This document shows, one piece after another, positions 48,420 through 61,975 of a stretch of DNA of 64,000 nucleotides. The notes below the pieces were generated by a model. The model made no database searches, was not told the origin of the DNA, and was given only the letters and a program-made list of their open reading frames with translations. This DNA comes from Rhina ancylostomus (lineage: Eukaryota): positions 62,236,894-62,300,893 of the forward strand of contig JARFYF010000112.1 of assembly GCA_030265395.1 (NCBI GenBank). Reading direction: 5' to 3'. How positions within the stretch are numbered: position 1 is the first letter of the stretch; every line of letters starts with the position of its first letter. Position numbers and translations under genes: made by a program.

Positions 48420-50400
48420 ACATAAGGAATAGAAGTAGAAGCAAGCCACTTAGCCCCTTTGGCCTGATCAGCCATTCTTTATGATTATAGTTGATCTTCT
48501 CATGGCTTCAGTTCCACTTTCCTGCATGTTTCCCCAAAATCCTTGATTCCACTGTAGTCCAAACTTCTATCAAATATTCAATGACTTAGCCTCTACATTT
48601 CTCTGGGTAGAGCATTTCACTGATTAATGATTCTCTGAGAGAAGAAATTCCACCTCATCTCCACCTTAAGTGGGCAACCACTTATTCCACAACTACATCC
48701 TCTATTTTAAGACCTCCCAAGGGAGAACATCCTCTAAGCATTTTCCCTTTTAAGCCCTCTCAGAATGCCCCATTCTTCTGAACTCCATTGAGTAGAAGAC
48801 CAAACTGCTAAATTCTTCCTCATAAAATAACACATTAATCTCAGGAATCACCCTGGTGTACTTTGCATGAACTATCTCCAATGTAAATATATCCCTCCTT
48901 AAAGAAAGATATCAAAACCGTGTACAATACTCTGGGCAATACAGGGTCTTCAACACCCTGTACACTTGCAACAAGATTTACCTAGTTTTTTACACTATTC
49001 CCCTTGCATTAAATACCAACATTCCATTTTCCTTTCATATTACTTCCTGTATTGGTAAACTAATTTTCTGTTTCTCCTGTACAAGAAAAGCAAATACTTC
49101 TGCAGGCTTTCTCCATTTCAGAAATATTCTGCTCTTCTATTTCTCCTTTCTCACATTTCTTTACATTATATGCCATCTGCCAAAATTTTCTTCATGCACT
49201 TAACCTGTGTCTTTTTGTCTCTTCTTTGTGTCCTCACAATTTGTTTTGTGTCGCCAACAAATTTGGCTACAATACACTGTCTCTTCATCGATGTCTGGAT
49301 TGTAAATAGCTGAGGCCCCAAAACTTTTCCCTGTGGTACTCCACTAATTACATGCCAACCTGAATTTGATTCATTTATCCTAACTCTCTGTTTTCAGTCA
49401 GCTATGCTTCCTATCATGTTATCCATTATGCCATGAACTTTTACCTTTTCTGTGGTACCTTCTCAGTGCCTTGGGGAAATCCAAAAATACCATGCCTACT
49501 GGTTCCCCGTTCTCCACTGGCAAATATGTATTCTAAAAGAACTCCAATAAATTTGTCAAACTCTATTTTCCTTTCTTGCTTAATTATATTATGCTTCTAT
49601 TTCCTTCATAATGGATCCCAGCAATTTCACAGTTTCAGATGTCAGGCTAAGTGGACTNNNNNNNNNNNNNNNNNNNNNNNNNNNNNNNNNNNNNNNNNNN
49701 NNNNNNNNNNNNNNNNNNNNNNNNNNNNNNNNNNNNNNNNNNNNNNNNNNNNNNNNNAGATACCAGCAATTTCACAGTTACAGATGTCAGGCTAAGTGGA
49801 CTGTAGTTTTCTGCTTTCTGTCTCCTTCCTTTCTTGAACATTACACTCCACAAATTCATAACCAAGGCACCCATTAACTTTGCAATCACTTCTTTTCAAA
49901 CTTTTTGATACAGGCCATCAAGTCCAGCAAATGTCAACTTCTAGACCCATTATTTTGCCTAGGATTTTTGTTCTTGTGGCAATGATTGTATTAAATTCCT
50001 CCTTCTCTTTGAGGGCTAATTTTCTAATATTATTGGGATGCTTTTAGTGTCATTGACCATGAGGACAGATACAAAACATTCTAACTGCTGACGCTTCTGA
50101 TTTCCTATTACTAATCCCCAGTGCTATTCTATAAGAAAACAACTTTTACCCAAGTTGGTTTTCCTTTTTATGTACTTGCAGAAGCTCTTGCTATCTCATT
50201 GTATATTCCTTGCCAATTTATTCATAAAATCTATTCCACACACTCCTGCCCCCACCTAATCATTTATAATTGATTAATCATGCTTGCTAGTTTGTAAAAT
50301 GTTCCCAGAATTCTGGTCTACCACTAATCTTTGTAAGATCTTATGCCTTTCAGTATAATTTGAGACCATCCTTATTTTTGATTTTAGCTAGACGCATTTA
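48420..50400 (-). mobile_element. Degraded ~2-kb CR1-like LINE
   Basis: Tail at 48420, minus-strand GVPQGKVLGPQL, FKKGRRQKAENYSPLSLTSVTVKLL, linker motifs to about 50400. Confidence 0.75.
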
Positions 50401-52164
50401 TCATAGTTTTTATTTACTTATAATTAGAAAATATCTTTATCAGCAGTTATAAAATATTTCCTTTTGGAAAGTACTTTTAATAAATACATGGAACTATTTT
50501 CTGCCTTCTTAGTTGTTACATGGTTAGTTATTTATTACATTTTAAAAAAAAGAGATCAAAAGGTTTTAAAGAATTATCTAGTTGTGTTCTTGCACCCAAG
50601 CAGTGCAGTTTAATTCCCTGAGCTGCCCTGAAGGCCTGAAAATGAACACAATTTGCAGAAGCGTGTAAAAGTATTCATGGGGCTGGTTATACACATGCTG
50701 CTCAAACCAATGCAAAGGACTGCAGAAACTCAAATTCCACTATTCACACTTAAAATGTGATTTTTTTTTCATCAGTTACTTCAACATCAGGAAGGCTGTG
50801 TGGATTACAAAGTGCCAAAACCAAGCTGTTATTTGGTCATTATTAAATTGCCATTCATTAGACACTACCTGGTCATTATTAAATTGCTGTATGTTAATTG
50901 ACTGACACATCCCACATCATTTCAAAATTATTATCAGGCTGTCAAACGTTTTAGAATCTCCTGAGCATACCTGTCCCACCGATTCGACTTGCATCTGCTC
51001 TCCCTGAATGCTTATGGCCAAATGAGCTGATAAGATCATAAGGCCCCACCCTGGTAATTGACTGATAGTTTTTGGTGGCTCACTGGCTGTCAAAGTCTTT
51101 TTACATTTTAGTGTCCCAGAGGATCACAGATATTTTAAAACAGATTTGTAATTTTTTAAAAAGTGAAATTTTAGTTTAAATCTGAAACAAATTAAAATCA
51201 CATTAAAATAAGTAAAGAAATTAAATAAGTAAAGAATCTATTTTTTAGAGGGTCAGGGATCCCATTTAAGGCAATGGAATTGCTATTTGTATGTAAGTAC
51301 ATCCTAATGTAAAATTGAAGGGCCAGAGTCATACCGATTATTTCCTCAGCATAGAGTGGATTTAGCAGTGGAACAGATGTGTCAGCTTCTGTTCTCTAAC
51401 ACGCCTTGGACTTTTGCATTTCACTGAACAGGCAATATCTAGCAGTTCCCTTTGGAACTGTTAGCTATCAATCAAATTGGTTTGGGCAATTATATCAATC
51501 AAAGTCTTTGTTTAGGCAACTGTGCAGTGTTGGGAAGTACCATAGCTTTCTAACTATAAGCTGGAACCATTTTAAACACAGTTGGAAGACAGTATCAGAA
51601 TGTCATAAGTAACATTTCAATTAATGCAGTGTAAATATGCATCTGAAATTAAACAATATCGTATTTCTGGTATTGCAACCTTCTTTCAAAAGCAATTAGC
51701 TTGTTTATGATCACATGATCAGCAGAGAACTTCTTTGCAAACTGGTACAGGAAGATTACATTACAAGCATTTTGGTCATTTTGGTTTTACTATGAACTAG
51801 CTTAGACCATTCAATTAGATTTGTTCAATAAGTTGTATCTCTGGGGAGACAAGCTCTGAGTTTAGATTTCTGCTATTTAGCAGTGCAAAGCTCAAGGACA
51901 TGAAACGTTCCAGATAGTTTGAATGGATCCAGGAACATGACATTGGGTAACCTCAGTGTCCTGTGTGCTGGGGCCTCTCTAAGGCATTGCCCAGAAAGTC
52001 AGTAGATCAAAACAGTCTGTGTTATTGTAAACCTTGCACAGAAACTTCAATCACTGAGCTAACTGATTCACTCCTCACTTTGTGCTTTTTCCACTTGGAG
52101 AAACCAAAAGCTGTTTGAGCAACTGCTTTGTAAAACACCTCCATTTAATCTTCAAACGTAACTC

Positions 52165-52580
52165 CAAGCATCACTTTAATTCCCCATTCCACTCCCACTC
52201 TCATCCATCTGACTTCAATCTCCTGAACTACTCCAATGATGCATAACCAAGCCCGAGTAAAAGAGCCTTCTTCATTACTGACTTCCAGGCTCAACACAAA
52301 GTTCAATAATTTTAACTGAAGAACATTTGCATTTCACTTTTCCAGTTTCAAGGTCTTTTTCTTGTAATCTCAGATGTTTATCTGCCATCTGCATCACCAG
52401 GCTGTCACTGTTACCCATTCTTCCTTCCCCTTTTGCTGCATCTTCAGAGTAACTTTATTTCCAATTTATTCCTAGTTCTTATGAAAGATTATTGATCTAA
52501 AGTGTTAATTATTTCTCCCAATACTGTTGCTGTTTGAATTGTTGGGTGTTTCCAACACTTTCCATGTTATTTTCAGCTTT
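52165..52580 (+). mobile_element. Old PLE GIY-YIG end plus pLTR remnant
   Basis: HFNSPFHSHSH...LLNYSNDA resembles the PLE motif HFNS.SHSHSD...LLHCSNEA; decayed core agttcttatgaaag...taaagtgttaa near 52475. Confidence 0.55.
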
Positions 52581-53559
52581 TGTATTCTTACATTTTATCT
52601 GATTCAGGTAATAACAGTGGAAATGGAAATACTGCAGCTTTAATCCCTGTGTAAAATATTAAGTTTTCTATTCTAAATTGTGCTAAAGTACAAATCCCCT
52701 TGTCATGGATCCACAATTGCTGGTAATAGTCTCCAAAAACCAAGCCCAATTCTATTTGTTTCATTAAGCACCTTTCTTCCACCATAAGGCCTGAAGTTGG
52801 GATGTTTATTGATAATTGTACAATGTGCAACTTCATTTGCATTATCAAAAAAATGAGGCAATTCCAGGCAAACTTCAGGCTGACAGAACGTTAAAACTTT
52901 AAAATTTTATTTATACAGCAAGGTAACAGGTCCTTCCAGCCCAACAAGTCCGCACCACCCATTTTACACCCATGTTAACCTACCCATGTGTCTTTAGAAT
53001 ATTTGTGCATCCAATTGCTGGGCTATAACCACCATCAGCTAAAGGACAAGGAACTTGCTCTTGACATCGGTAACACTGCCATCAAGCCTCTGCAGGTGCT
53101 TGGAGCATTCCCAGCAGTCCCTTTCTCCCACTTATTTCCTTGATGCTGTACAAGTGAATATAAAGTGATCTACCCAGCAATGAACAGCACATTTGCATTA
53201 CCCACCCCCAAGAAGGTTACGGTGTTGTTCAGTTGTCCAGTGTTAGGGTTGGGACCACTGATGTTGATGATATCTTCATAATCGCTATTCCTTTTCTTAT
53301 TCCACCTTCTGGTCATCCTAACATCTATGCTGCTGATGACAAAAAAAGTGCATCTCTTATTTTCTGCACTCTCCCTCCTTAACTATTATCATCTCCTCCC
53401 CTTGACAAAGCCTTAGCCTTTTCCATTTCAGAAAACCTGGCCAGATTGTGATGCAGGACCCAGAAGCAGGTGAAGATGAAGGCATATCATTACTTGGTAT
53501 AATGTTCACAGCCACTACTGATGCCATGGAATTTACAAGCTAGTTTGGAAGTGGGATCT

Positions 53560-54200
53560 TCCTGTGGTGAGTCACTGAACAAAGAGGCCTGCAGCCAGTA
53601 CCAGGAGGAGATATACTAAGTACCAGCTTGTTGGAGAGCAAGCCTATACATAGGTTTTGCAGCAGAGAATTCAGGTGAGTATTTGGAATTAATTCGTACT
53701 CCAGAAAATTCCAGAAACAGAACTGCTGGAATGAATCTGGACAGAAGCTGGGTAAGCACCATGGTGCATTGGCAGGCCTGCCTGAAAGTTTACATGCCAT
53801 GCCAAAGAACATGGAGTCCAGCACTAACCTTACACATCGTTTTAACACAAACCTGAAGCATGATCTTTCCAATGTAAAAGCGGTGGCTAATAACATTAAC
53901 ACAATCATGGAGCTAGCCTTGATGCAGTATCTGATGGTCCAACTTCCAGTGCAGCACAGGCAAAAGCCATGCAATACCTGTGTGTTCCAGTTGTATCCAT
54001 TATGGATTTTGATGGTAGTGTTTAGAATGGCTTCCAGGGTTTCATAGCAGTGCAGGAATCAGGTAAGGCCCAGGTACTGCCCTGGGACACAGACAGTGGC
54101 TCGGTTGATAATGAATCTGTTGTCCTCTCTCAGGGTGACTAACACACTGCTACTCCACCAATGCCCTTGCTGCCATTTGCTATTATCCATCGCAGGTCAG
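53560..54200 (+). pseudogene. Decayed coiled-coil-like ORF, possibly the accessory (Myb/SANT-associated) gene of a PIF/Harbinger transposon
   Basis: GALAGLPESLHAMPKNMESSTNLTHRFNTNLKHDLSNVKAVANNI resembles repeat-derived peptides I recall from shark genomes; unverified. Confidence 0.3.
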
Positions 54201-55069
54201 GCAAATTCTGTGGAAAGAGAAGCAGTTAACGTCTCAGGTCCTGGATGGTTACACACCAGCTGGATATTCAGGGAATGGAGTCCCTTTCAGTTGTAGTGAA
54301 TGTTAGAGATGAAACATCAGTGATGACATTGTCACCTTGCTCCCTGGGAAGCCTGCGATCCTGGCAAGTCTGTTCCCACCATTTTCTTCCAAGGGAGATT
54401 GAGATGAATTTAGCTCTCTTAAAAGGGAGCGTGTCTGTGTGACCTACCTTCTGCAAAGTTGTAATGTTGTGGATATCTTCAGCTCCCTCCTTGAAGGAGT
54501 TTAATGCAAAAAATGCATGGCCAACTTGATATCAACTATCACCAGTCCTCTACAATTGTTACTTTGCATGGAACATGTGGCATTTTTCTTTAAGAACCTC
54601 TTTAGCACATTGTATTTGCTTCATGTACATTATTTCTGAGGTAGGCATGGGAAGGATTTCTGTCAGAAGACCTTAGGTCAATTTGGCTGTCTTTTAAAGC
54701 TCCTTCCCTCCTACAGTTCCTCTCTNNNNNNNNNNNNNNNNNNNNNNNNNNNNNNNNACCCTCATTCTCTCTGTCAGGCTGCACTCTGAGAACAATAGTG
54801 CCTAAGGCCCCAGTACTCCAGGCTCAGCATTCCCCATGAAATGTTTAAACTCTAAAGAAGTTGGGAACAACAAATGCAGGTTTTTTCAAATCAACACAAT
54901 GAATTGTGAGGATAATGTGGGTTGAAAGTGATTGCCTGCTGAATATTTGATCCTCCATGCATGTTGAATGCATGATGTTTGGTTGCATCATTGAGATCCA
55001 GTTTGCCAGCACTGACATCAAACCATGTCAGACCCTGATTGACATCACAGTTTTTAAAATATATTCCTT

Positions 55070-55490
55070 CAGCATTTAGTTGCTTATCCCTAGTTGCCTG
55101 TGAGTAGGCACTAGTGAGCTGCCTTCTTGAACTGCTGCAATCCTTCAGGTGTGGGGAAACCAACAATGCTGCTAGGGAGGGAGTGCTAGGATTTTGGCCC
55201 AGTATCGGTGAAAGAACAGCAATATATTTCCAGATCACGATGGTGTGTGGCTCGGAGGGCAATGTCACAATGGTGGTGTTCCCATGTTTTTGCTGCCCTT
55301 TTCCTTCTTGCTGAAAGAGGTCATGGGTTTGGAAGGGGCTGTCTAAGGAGTCTGGGTGAGTTGCTGCAGTACACCCTGAAGATGGTACGAGCTGCTGCGA
55401 CTGTGGTGGAGTGAGATAATGGCGGTGGATGGGATGCCTCTCAAGAGGGCTGCTATGCCCTTATGCTGTCAAGCTTCTTGAGTGTTGTTG
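55070..55490 (-). mobile_element. 3' end of the 27390-family LINE
   Basis: Minus LPSEPHTIVIWKYIAV matches LPSEPHTIPTWKYIAV in ORF 28176-28613. Confidence 0.85.
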
Positions 55491-56649
55491 CTGTTACAAT
55501 CTGCCTGTTCTGCACACTCTCAATATACCAAGCCATACATCTGAGGACTGCTCCTAACATGGCATACAGGGCAACACACACTACAAATGTGTGCACATGT
55601 ATCACACAATGAACTGAACACTAATTGGTGTATACAAGCATTATGCAGCTGGATTTGTTACCTCAACTTTTCACATTAATGCGCATCATTCTCTGGAAAT
55701 AGTTGGGAATGGAGGAGGGTGCAGGGAGTTATGTCCTTTTATTTTGTATAATACTGGCCAATTTGGGATGAAGCTAGCTTGAGATAATGGTTGTGTGTGG
55801 TTGCACTTGCAGACCGAGGCACAGTTTACAAGGGAAATATCTGGAGTATGAAGGGTGATTTAGCTGAGGCTAATCATGCATTGTCTGAAGGTCTTCTGGC
55901 TTGACTTCAATACTCTTCTATTCCCTACTCCAGCTGTTCTTTTAATCTAGCTTTAGTGAAGCAGTTTATCTCAAGTCCACAGAGACAATCTCTATTTAAT
56001 TCAATGAGCTCTGCTAATGAGGAAAACCTCTCTTCAGAAAGGCAAATCAGCTTGCAAAAATTATGGTTCTATCCTCTCTGTAAATTGTGAGATTTGGTTC
56101 ATGTTTGGAGGCTATCTGTTGGAGCTAGACCAAAATTTTAAAAAAAGATGCACAGAATAACTGAATAACAGTGCTGCCTTGTGGGGCAAGCTTATTTAAT
56201 GTATAAACAGGACAGCAAAAGTGCAGTATTGTGGTTGCAATTTCCCTGGGTAATTTGACCAAGTTTACAGTTGGAAAGGGAATCTTGAAATGCAGTGACC
56301 ATTTCAGATGATAAGTGAGTGAAAAGTGACTCGATGAAAATTATATTACTCCTTCCCCACATTCTCCTGGGATGAACCCAGACCAGCTATGCAAGAGTGT
56401 ATTGACAGTATGAAAAGTAAAAAGAAAAAGCTGCAGATAATAGATACTGGCTTAGTTTTTGTCACTCCTTAAACACACCCTGACCTGCTGGGCATGCCTT
56501 GCAGTCTTGCATTTCACAATTTCTCTATTCCTTTGTCTGCATTCTCACTCTCCAACTGCTCTCATTTCACAGCTGTAATAAACAGGATAATGTTCTTTCT
56601 TCCAAATTGCTCCCAGTAACCCCATCAACTGGATAAGCTTATTTACAGC

Positions 56650-56842
56650 TTAACCCCAGATCATCCTTGGTCTCACCCTATCAAAGATTTCCCTTTGTCG
56701 TATCCTACACTCTCCCTGCAATTTAAAACTAACTTATTTTCTCTCCATCTCAGTTCTGACGAAGAGTCCCCATTAACTCTGTTTCTCTTTCCTGAGGTAT
56801 TATCTTACCTGCCGAGTGCTTCTGGCATTTTCTGTTTTTGTT
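56650..56842 (+). mobile_element. PLE pLTR fragment with partial hammerhead core
   Basis: cagttCTGACGAagagtc (GAAAC segment deleted), then ttaactctgtttctct..acctgccgagtgcttctggcattttctg. Confidence 0.6.
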
Positions 56843-57199
56843 ACATTTACAGGATCTCCACAGGAAAAAAAGGGCTTGATAAGCTAAGTCATTGTTCAGA
56901 TCATTTATTAATGAATCAGTTTAAGATGCTATTGGCTTTGTAGAGCTTTTTATGTCTGAGGACCACTCTTCTATATTAGCAAAGGAAATACGATCCTTTT
57001 CATTTATGTAGTCAAAACTTTCAAAGGGTAGCTTATTATGCTCTCCAATTTTTGCTGCATTCAGGCATCATCTGTCGCTCTGATTTTGCCTGAGCAAAAG
57101 AACAGGAGTCCTGGTGTAAATCTCAGAGGTATAAGATGCACCCTCACAGCTTGCATAGAGTGGAACTCTCTTTGTCACTACTTATCATCACTGCCTTGT

Positions 57200-57293
57200 T
57201 TTTTTCATCTTCTTCCTCCCCCTCTCTCCTTTTCCCTCTCCATCTCCATCTCCTACCCTTCCTTCATTCTTTTCCTCTTCCTCCTCCTCCTCT
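57200..57293. repeat. Polypyrimidine (CT-rich) low-complexity tract
   Basis: About 90 nt almost entirely C/T. Confidence 0.85.
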
Positions 57294-57297
57294 TACT

Positions 57298-57562
57298 GGG
57301 ACTAGAGGTCAGAGGCTTAGGGTGAAAGGTGAGATACTTAAGGGGAATCTTCTTCATTCAGAGAGTGGGATGAGTGTGGAACGAGCTGCCAGTGGAAGTG
57401 GCAGATGTGGGTTCAATTGTAACATTTAACAGACATTTGGATAGGTACGTGGATGGGAGAGGTTTGGAGGGATATGGTCCGGGTGCGGGTAGATGATCAG
57501 GTCAGCATGAATTAGAGGGGTCAAAAGGCCTGTTTCCGTGCTGTAATACTCTATGACTCTTC
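57298..57562 (+). mobile_element. CR1/HER1-like LINE 3' end
   Basis: TRGQRLRVKGE...FFIQRVG*VWNELP...FNRHLDRYVD; tail ggcctgtttccgtgctgtaatactctatgactct. Confidence 0.85.
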
Positions 57563-59839
57563 TTCTTCCTTTCCCTTCTGCTGTGCAATGAGGAATATCT
57601 GGTTGCCAGATTGCTTGTTATGCAAAAGGTGATAATGAATCATGTGACCCTCTCTAGAGGGTTCTAGAGGGTGCAAACTAAGCTGCAGAATCCTATCTTG
57701 AGGACCCCAATGGCAGTGTCCATTTAGGTCTATATTCCTTTATGGTAGTAGTGCTATTTGCAAACTCTTGACAGAAGGGAAGAGATAGCTTTTGATCTCC
57801 AAGCGCCATCAATTTTTCCAGCACAGTGCCCAAAGCAACTTCCACAAATTAAAGAGCCATTAAAAACTCTTGCATGCAATGCACTGATGATAAAATAGCT
57901 TTACCTGTGGTCATACACAGTATGAATATTCAAGTGAGGTGAGCTTTCTTCTCTGGATTGATTGGTGGTGGCAGGAACATCATGTGCACTCACTCTACCA
58001 CTTCCTGCACCTGCAGAAAATCTGCAAACTGGGCCAATTTTCCTGCCCTCTCCTTGACTATAGGACATTCGTGAGTTACCACTGTTGAGCTGCAGGCTGT
58101 GATACTGTATGCAGGATATATCAGCTATTGCCATCTGGAATGATCTGGTGGCTGGGTAGTTCAGGGCGACAGTACTCTTTGCCTCTCCTAACACTGATCC
58201 AGGCATAATTGTGGCTGGATCTCCACCTGGAGCAGAGAATACTCCTTCACACTAGGGCCCAGAAGTTCTATTGCATGATACTGAATTTTTGCACTATAAT
58301 GGAAGAATATTTTCAAAACAATCAAGTGCTTAGTGTACTGGTAATACACTTGCAGATTTTCTTCATTCTGCATGTGAATGAGAAGAGTGCCAATCTGAGC
58401 AGAGGTGATGACATCAAACAGATAGTTTAACTCATTTTGATACCATGCATGTAAAATTGTGCTAGATATTTGAAATAGGAAAATAGCTTGTCTGAATGTG
58501 AAAGTGGAATCTTACTTTAATGTTATTTACTGGTGTCCTGATCTTACGTGATTTGTTGTGGAGGAAATTGAACGCCTTCTTAGAGATTAGTTCTTTAAGT
58601 ATTTTTTTGTGATTATTCTCTGCAACTCTCCATTTGAGGGTCAATTATGTTCTCACTGACCCTTCTCCTGATCACACCTATTGCCTCCTTGAATTTTCCC
58701 CATTGGAGCTGAGAGTAGGTGATTCAGTGGGCTAAGTATTCTCAGCATGTCAATGGTTTAGACATTCTCAATAGTGGTAATGAATGACAGCAGTCTAGTT
58801 GCCTGAAGTGGTATCAAAGTGGGCATAGCTTTTTTTTAATCACCTGATGCATATCCACTCTTCCAGCAGGGGTCTCCGATAAGCAATAATGTGCAGCTTT
58901 CTGGCTGATATTTCCAAACTGCAATTACTGAAGTCGACCCTAGCTACTATATGACCAATACATCGGAGATCAATTAAAACTGCATACACTGAAAATTAAA
59001 TTTGGGATTATCTTGATCTGAATGGCAACATCTCACAGGAGACGCAAGAAAATATTTCCGCAGTAATTTCTAGAATTTTATTTTAGGTTTAAAAGAACAT
59101 CACGTCCTTTAAAAAAATACAGTGCGAAGGTCTGATTAATTCCTATTTTAGATTGCCAAAGATACCTGTCAGTAATGTATTATATAGGTAAAAACAAAGA
59201 TTTTCTGCAGTATTGAGCTATTGCTCTGAAAATAGCAAGAGATCTTTGAAATTCACAAATACAATACAAATTCTGGTGTCTTTCTGATTAGTAATTCTGT
59301 TTCTTATTACTCATTAAAAATCATACTAAACAAGAAAAGTTTGATGCACTGTACTTAATTTTTTGAACTACTGTACTCTTTAATGGTTATTTTTCAATTC
59401 TACTTGTCTTGAAGTGACCTGTAGGTGGCAGGAGCTTGCAGTTTTAATCATTTTCAAAAAATCAAAAGGTGACTTTACCTCCAGATAAATATATGAAACA
59501 AAATTAAGTTTCCATCCTGAAAAAAAGATTCAGCTCAAAGTTTGACTTAATTAATACAATTTTGTATGAAGTCTCAGCTCTACTTATCTTAGGTAGTTTA
59601 GAATACTTCTTGGATGTTTAAAAGTTTGGTTTAATTAATTTTCAAAAAAACCTGTACGTTGAACTTTCTTGCTACTTAGGCCAAGTTCTGTGATCAAATA
59701 TTTTGATATTCTTTTTGTGTGCTGCTGATTTGCATTTGATGACATAAGCTTGGAATCAAAGATTCATAGAAAGTCACATTACCAAACACATTCAGAATAT
59801 CAGTCTTTTTGTTTCTCTTTACTTTTCAATGTCCTATCA

Positions 59840-61150
59840 TCATTGAGCATTCCCAGTCCTTATCCTCCTTCCCTTGGTGCATTTCCTTACAGTTCTGTGG
59901 ATTCAATTCCATTTGCCAATTTTCTGTCCACCTGACCAATCTATTGATAAATCCTCAATATCTATAATTTTCTTCCTCACCTCTCAATAACATAGGCACA
60001 TTTTTGTATTACCTATACATTTCTTAAACATCCCCCCCCTTCATTCAATTCTAAATCATTAGTAGCTAAGCATAGCATGCAAATCACCCTGTATTAAGGT
60101 CTGTGGAACACTCAATAAATAGCTTCCAAACACCAAAACACCTGACTGCCCACCACTGAATCAGTTTTCAATTCATCTCGGCACCTTTCCTTGGATTCGG
60201 TAGGATTTTATTTTTCTGATCAGTCCATCTCATTTGAATGTTTCATGAGCCTTGGTAAAATCAATGTAGTTGATATTTATTGTACTCAATGCTTCTTGTT
60301 ACTTTTTCAAAAAATCCATTCAAGGAGATCAAACACAACATTCCCTAAACAAAACCATTAATTAAGTTGTATCCTTCTAAATGATAATTAATGTTGCCAT
60401 CAGAATTTCCTCCATTAATTTTCTAATAATCGAGCCAAAGCTAACTGGTCTGTACTTACATGATTTATCCTTATTCCCTTCTTAGCATAGAGTAATGTTA
60501 CCTGTGCTTTCAGCACCACACCTTTAACCACAGAGGACTGGGCAAATGATAGATATCATTTTGCTTCTCAGCAGTCTGGGATATATTTCCTCTAGGCTTG
60601 ATAATACATGGACTTTCAAAGATGATAAACTTTTGTCTGTCATTATTCCATCCAACATTTCACATGCTTCCTCCTTATATCTTATCCCATACTTCTGTGA
60701 AATTCACACCAAGAGAACCAAAACCATACCTCCTATCTTTAGATGTGGATTATCTTTTTCTCTGATACCTGTTTGCTCATGTATGTAAAATATTTTGGGG
60801 ATTTCCTTGACTTTATCTGACAATAATTTCTGATACCTTCTTTCTGCTGCTCTGATTTCCTTTTCACTTTCATCCCCATACTTTCTATATTCCTCTAGGC
60901 TTTCTTCATTGTTAGTGAGGTATAATAGAAGCTCTCCCATTGACCCCTGTCCCGCCCTGTATGTTAATTTTCATCAATAGGAACCAAGATCTGGGTCTGA
61001 AGAATTTTTCTCTTTGTGAGAATTTTTTTCTGTGAATGCCCCCACAACACTGATTTACATTCCAGTAACTGCTTCCAGACCATCTTATTAACCTTGTTTT
61101 TTTCCCAATAAAGTTTTATTCCTTGTCTATCCCTGTTCTTTTCCAAAGCC
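59840..61150 (-). mobile_element. Very old CR1-like LINE
   Basis: Minus motifs VPQTLIQG, DFTKAHE, YRPVSF and ESLEEYRKY...KEIRAAERRYQKLLSDKVKEIPKIFY. Confidence 0.6.
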
Positions 61151-61884
61151 CTTGAAAATGAGAAGTGGTTTCTTTCAGATTCTCTACCGAGAATTTCTTT
61201 CAGATGTCCCTTTTGGCTGCCCAGCCTTATTCCCTAGCACTCATCTCTGAACTGTCCTTTTTTTTTGGGTCGTTACATGTTGACTTTTGCTCCTATTTTC
61301 TTGTGTTCTTACTGTTCGTCCTTGTACCTCCTTGAAATATTATTATGTAGTAAAATGCAAGTTGTTGTGTTGTCCTTAAGTCCTAACATTACATTCATCA
61401 AAGTGCTTCATTACACCAGAGTTCTAAGAAATAAATTATGAATCTGGATTGAAATTCCCAAATGCCAGTGATTTCTCTGGAGTCATATCACCAATTGACT
61501 TCATTTGTCCAGGACTACAAAACTACTTCACAGCAATGTGGAAATGTCAGTTTAACTGCAGACCTAAATTATTAAACTTCCAAGAACCATGGACAGGCTT
61601 AGCTGCCTGTGCACTGTTGGATTCAGAGATGATTGACAATTTTATTTGGACACGTTTTCCACATTGGGAGTTCCTTTTGGCGTTTTACTTTACTACGTTG
61701 GTTCCAAAACTTGCCTTTTAAGTTGTCCAAAATATATCCTAGTCGCAGATTGGCAAAAGAAAATTAAACACTTTTGAGGAATTAATGGGAATGGATAGAA
61801 AAGAGAAAAACAAGGTCATTTTGAAAATTGGACAAAGAGGAGGAAGAAGAAGGAATGACAGATTAAAAACAGGGGAATAACATA

Positions 61885-61975
61885 AAAATAAAAATGATGA
61901 GAATACTCAGCAGATTAGGCACCACCTGTGAAGAAGAACCAAAATTAATAATTCCAATTAATAAGATTTCAGATT
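61885..61975 (-). mobile_element. PLE pLTR remnant
   Basis: aaatgatgagaatactcagcagattaggcaccacctgtg. Confidence 0.5.

Noticed and set aside
49618-49802. 40-bp near-identical direct repeat around a gap
   Set aside because: Overlap at the 100-N gap 49658-49757, probably two haplotypes.
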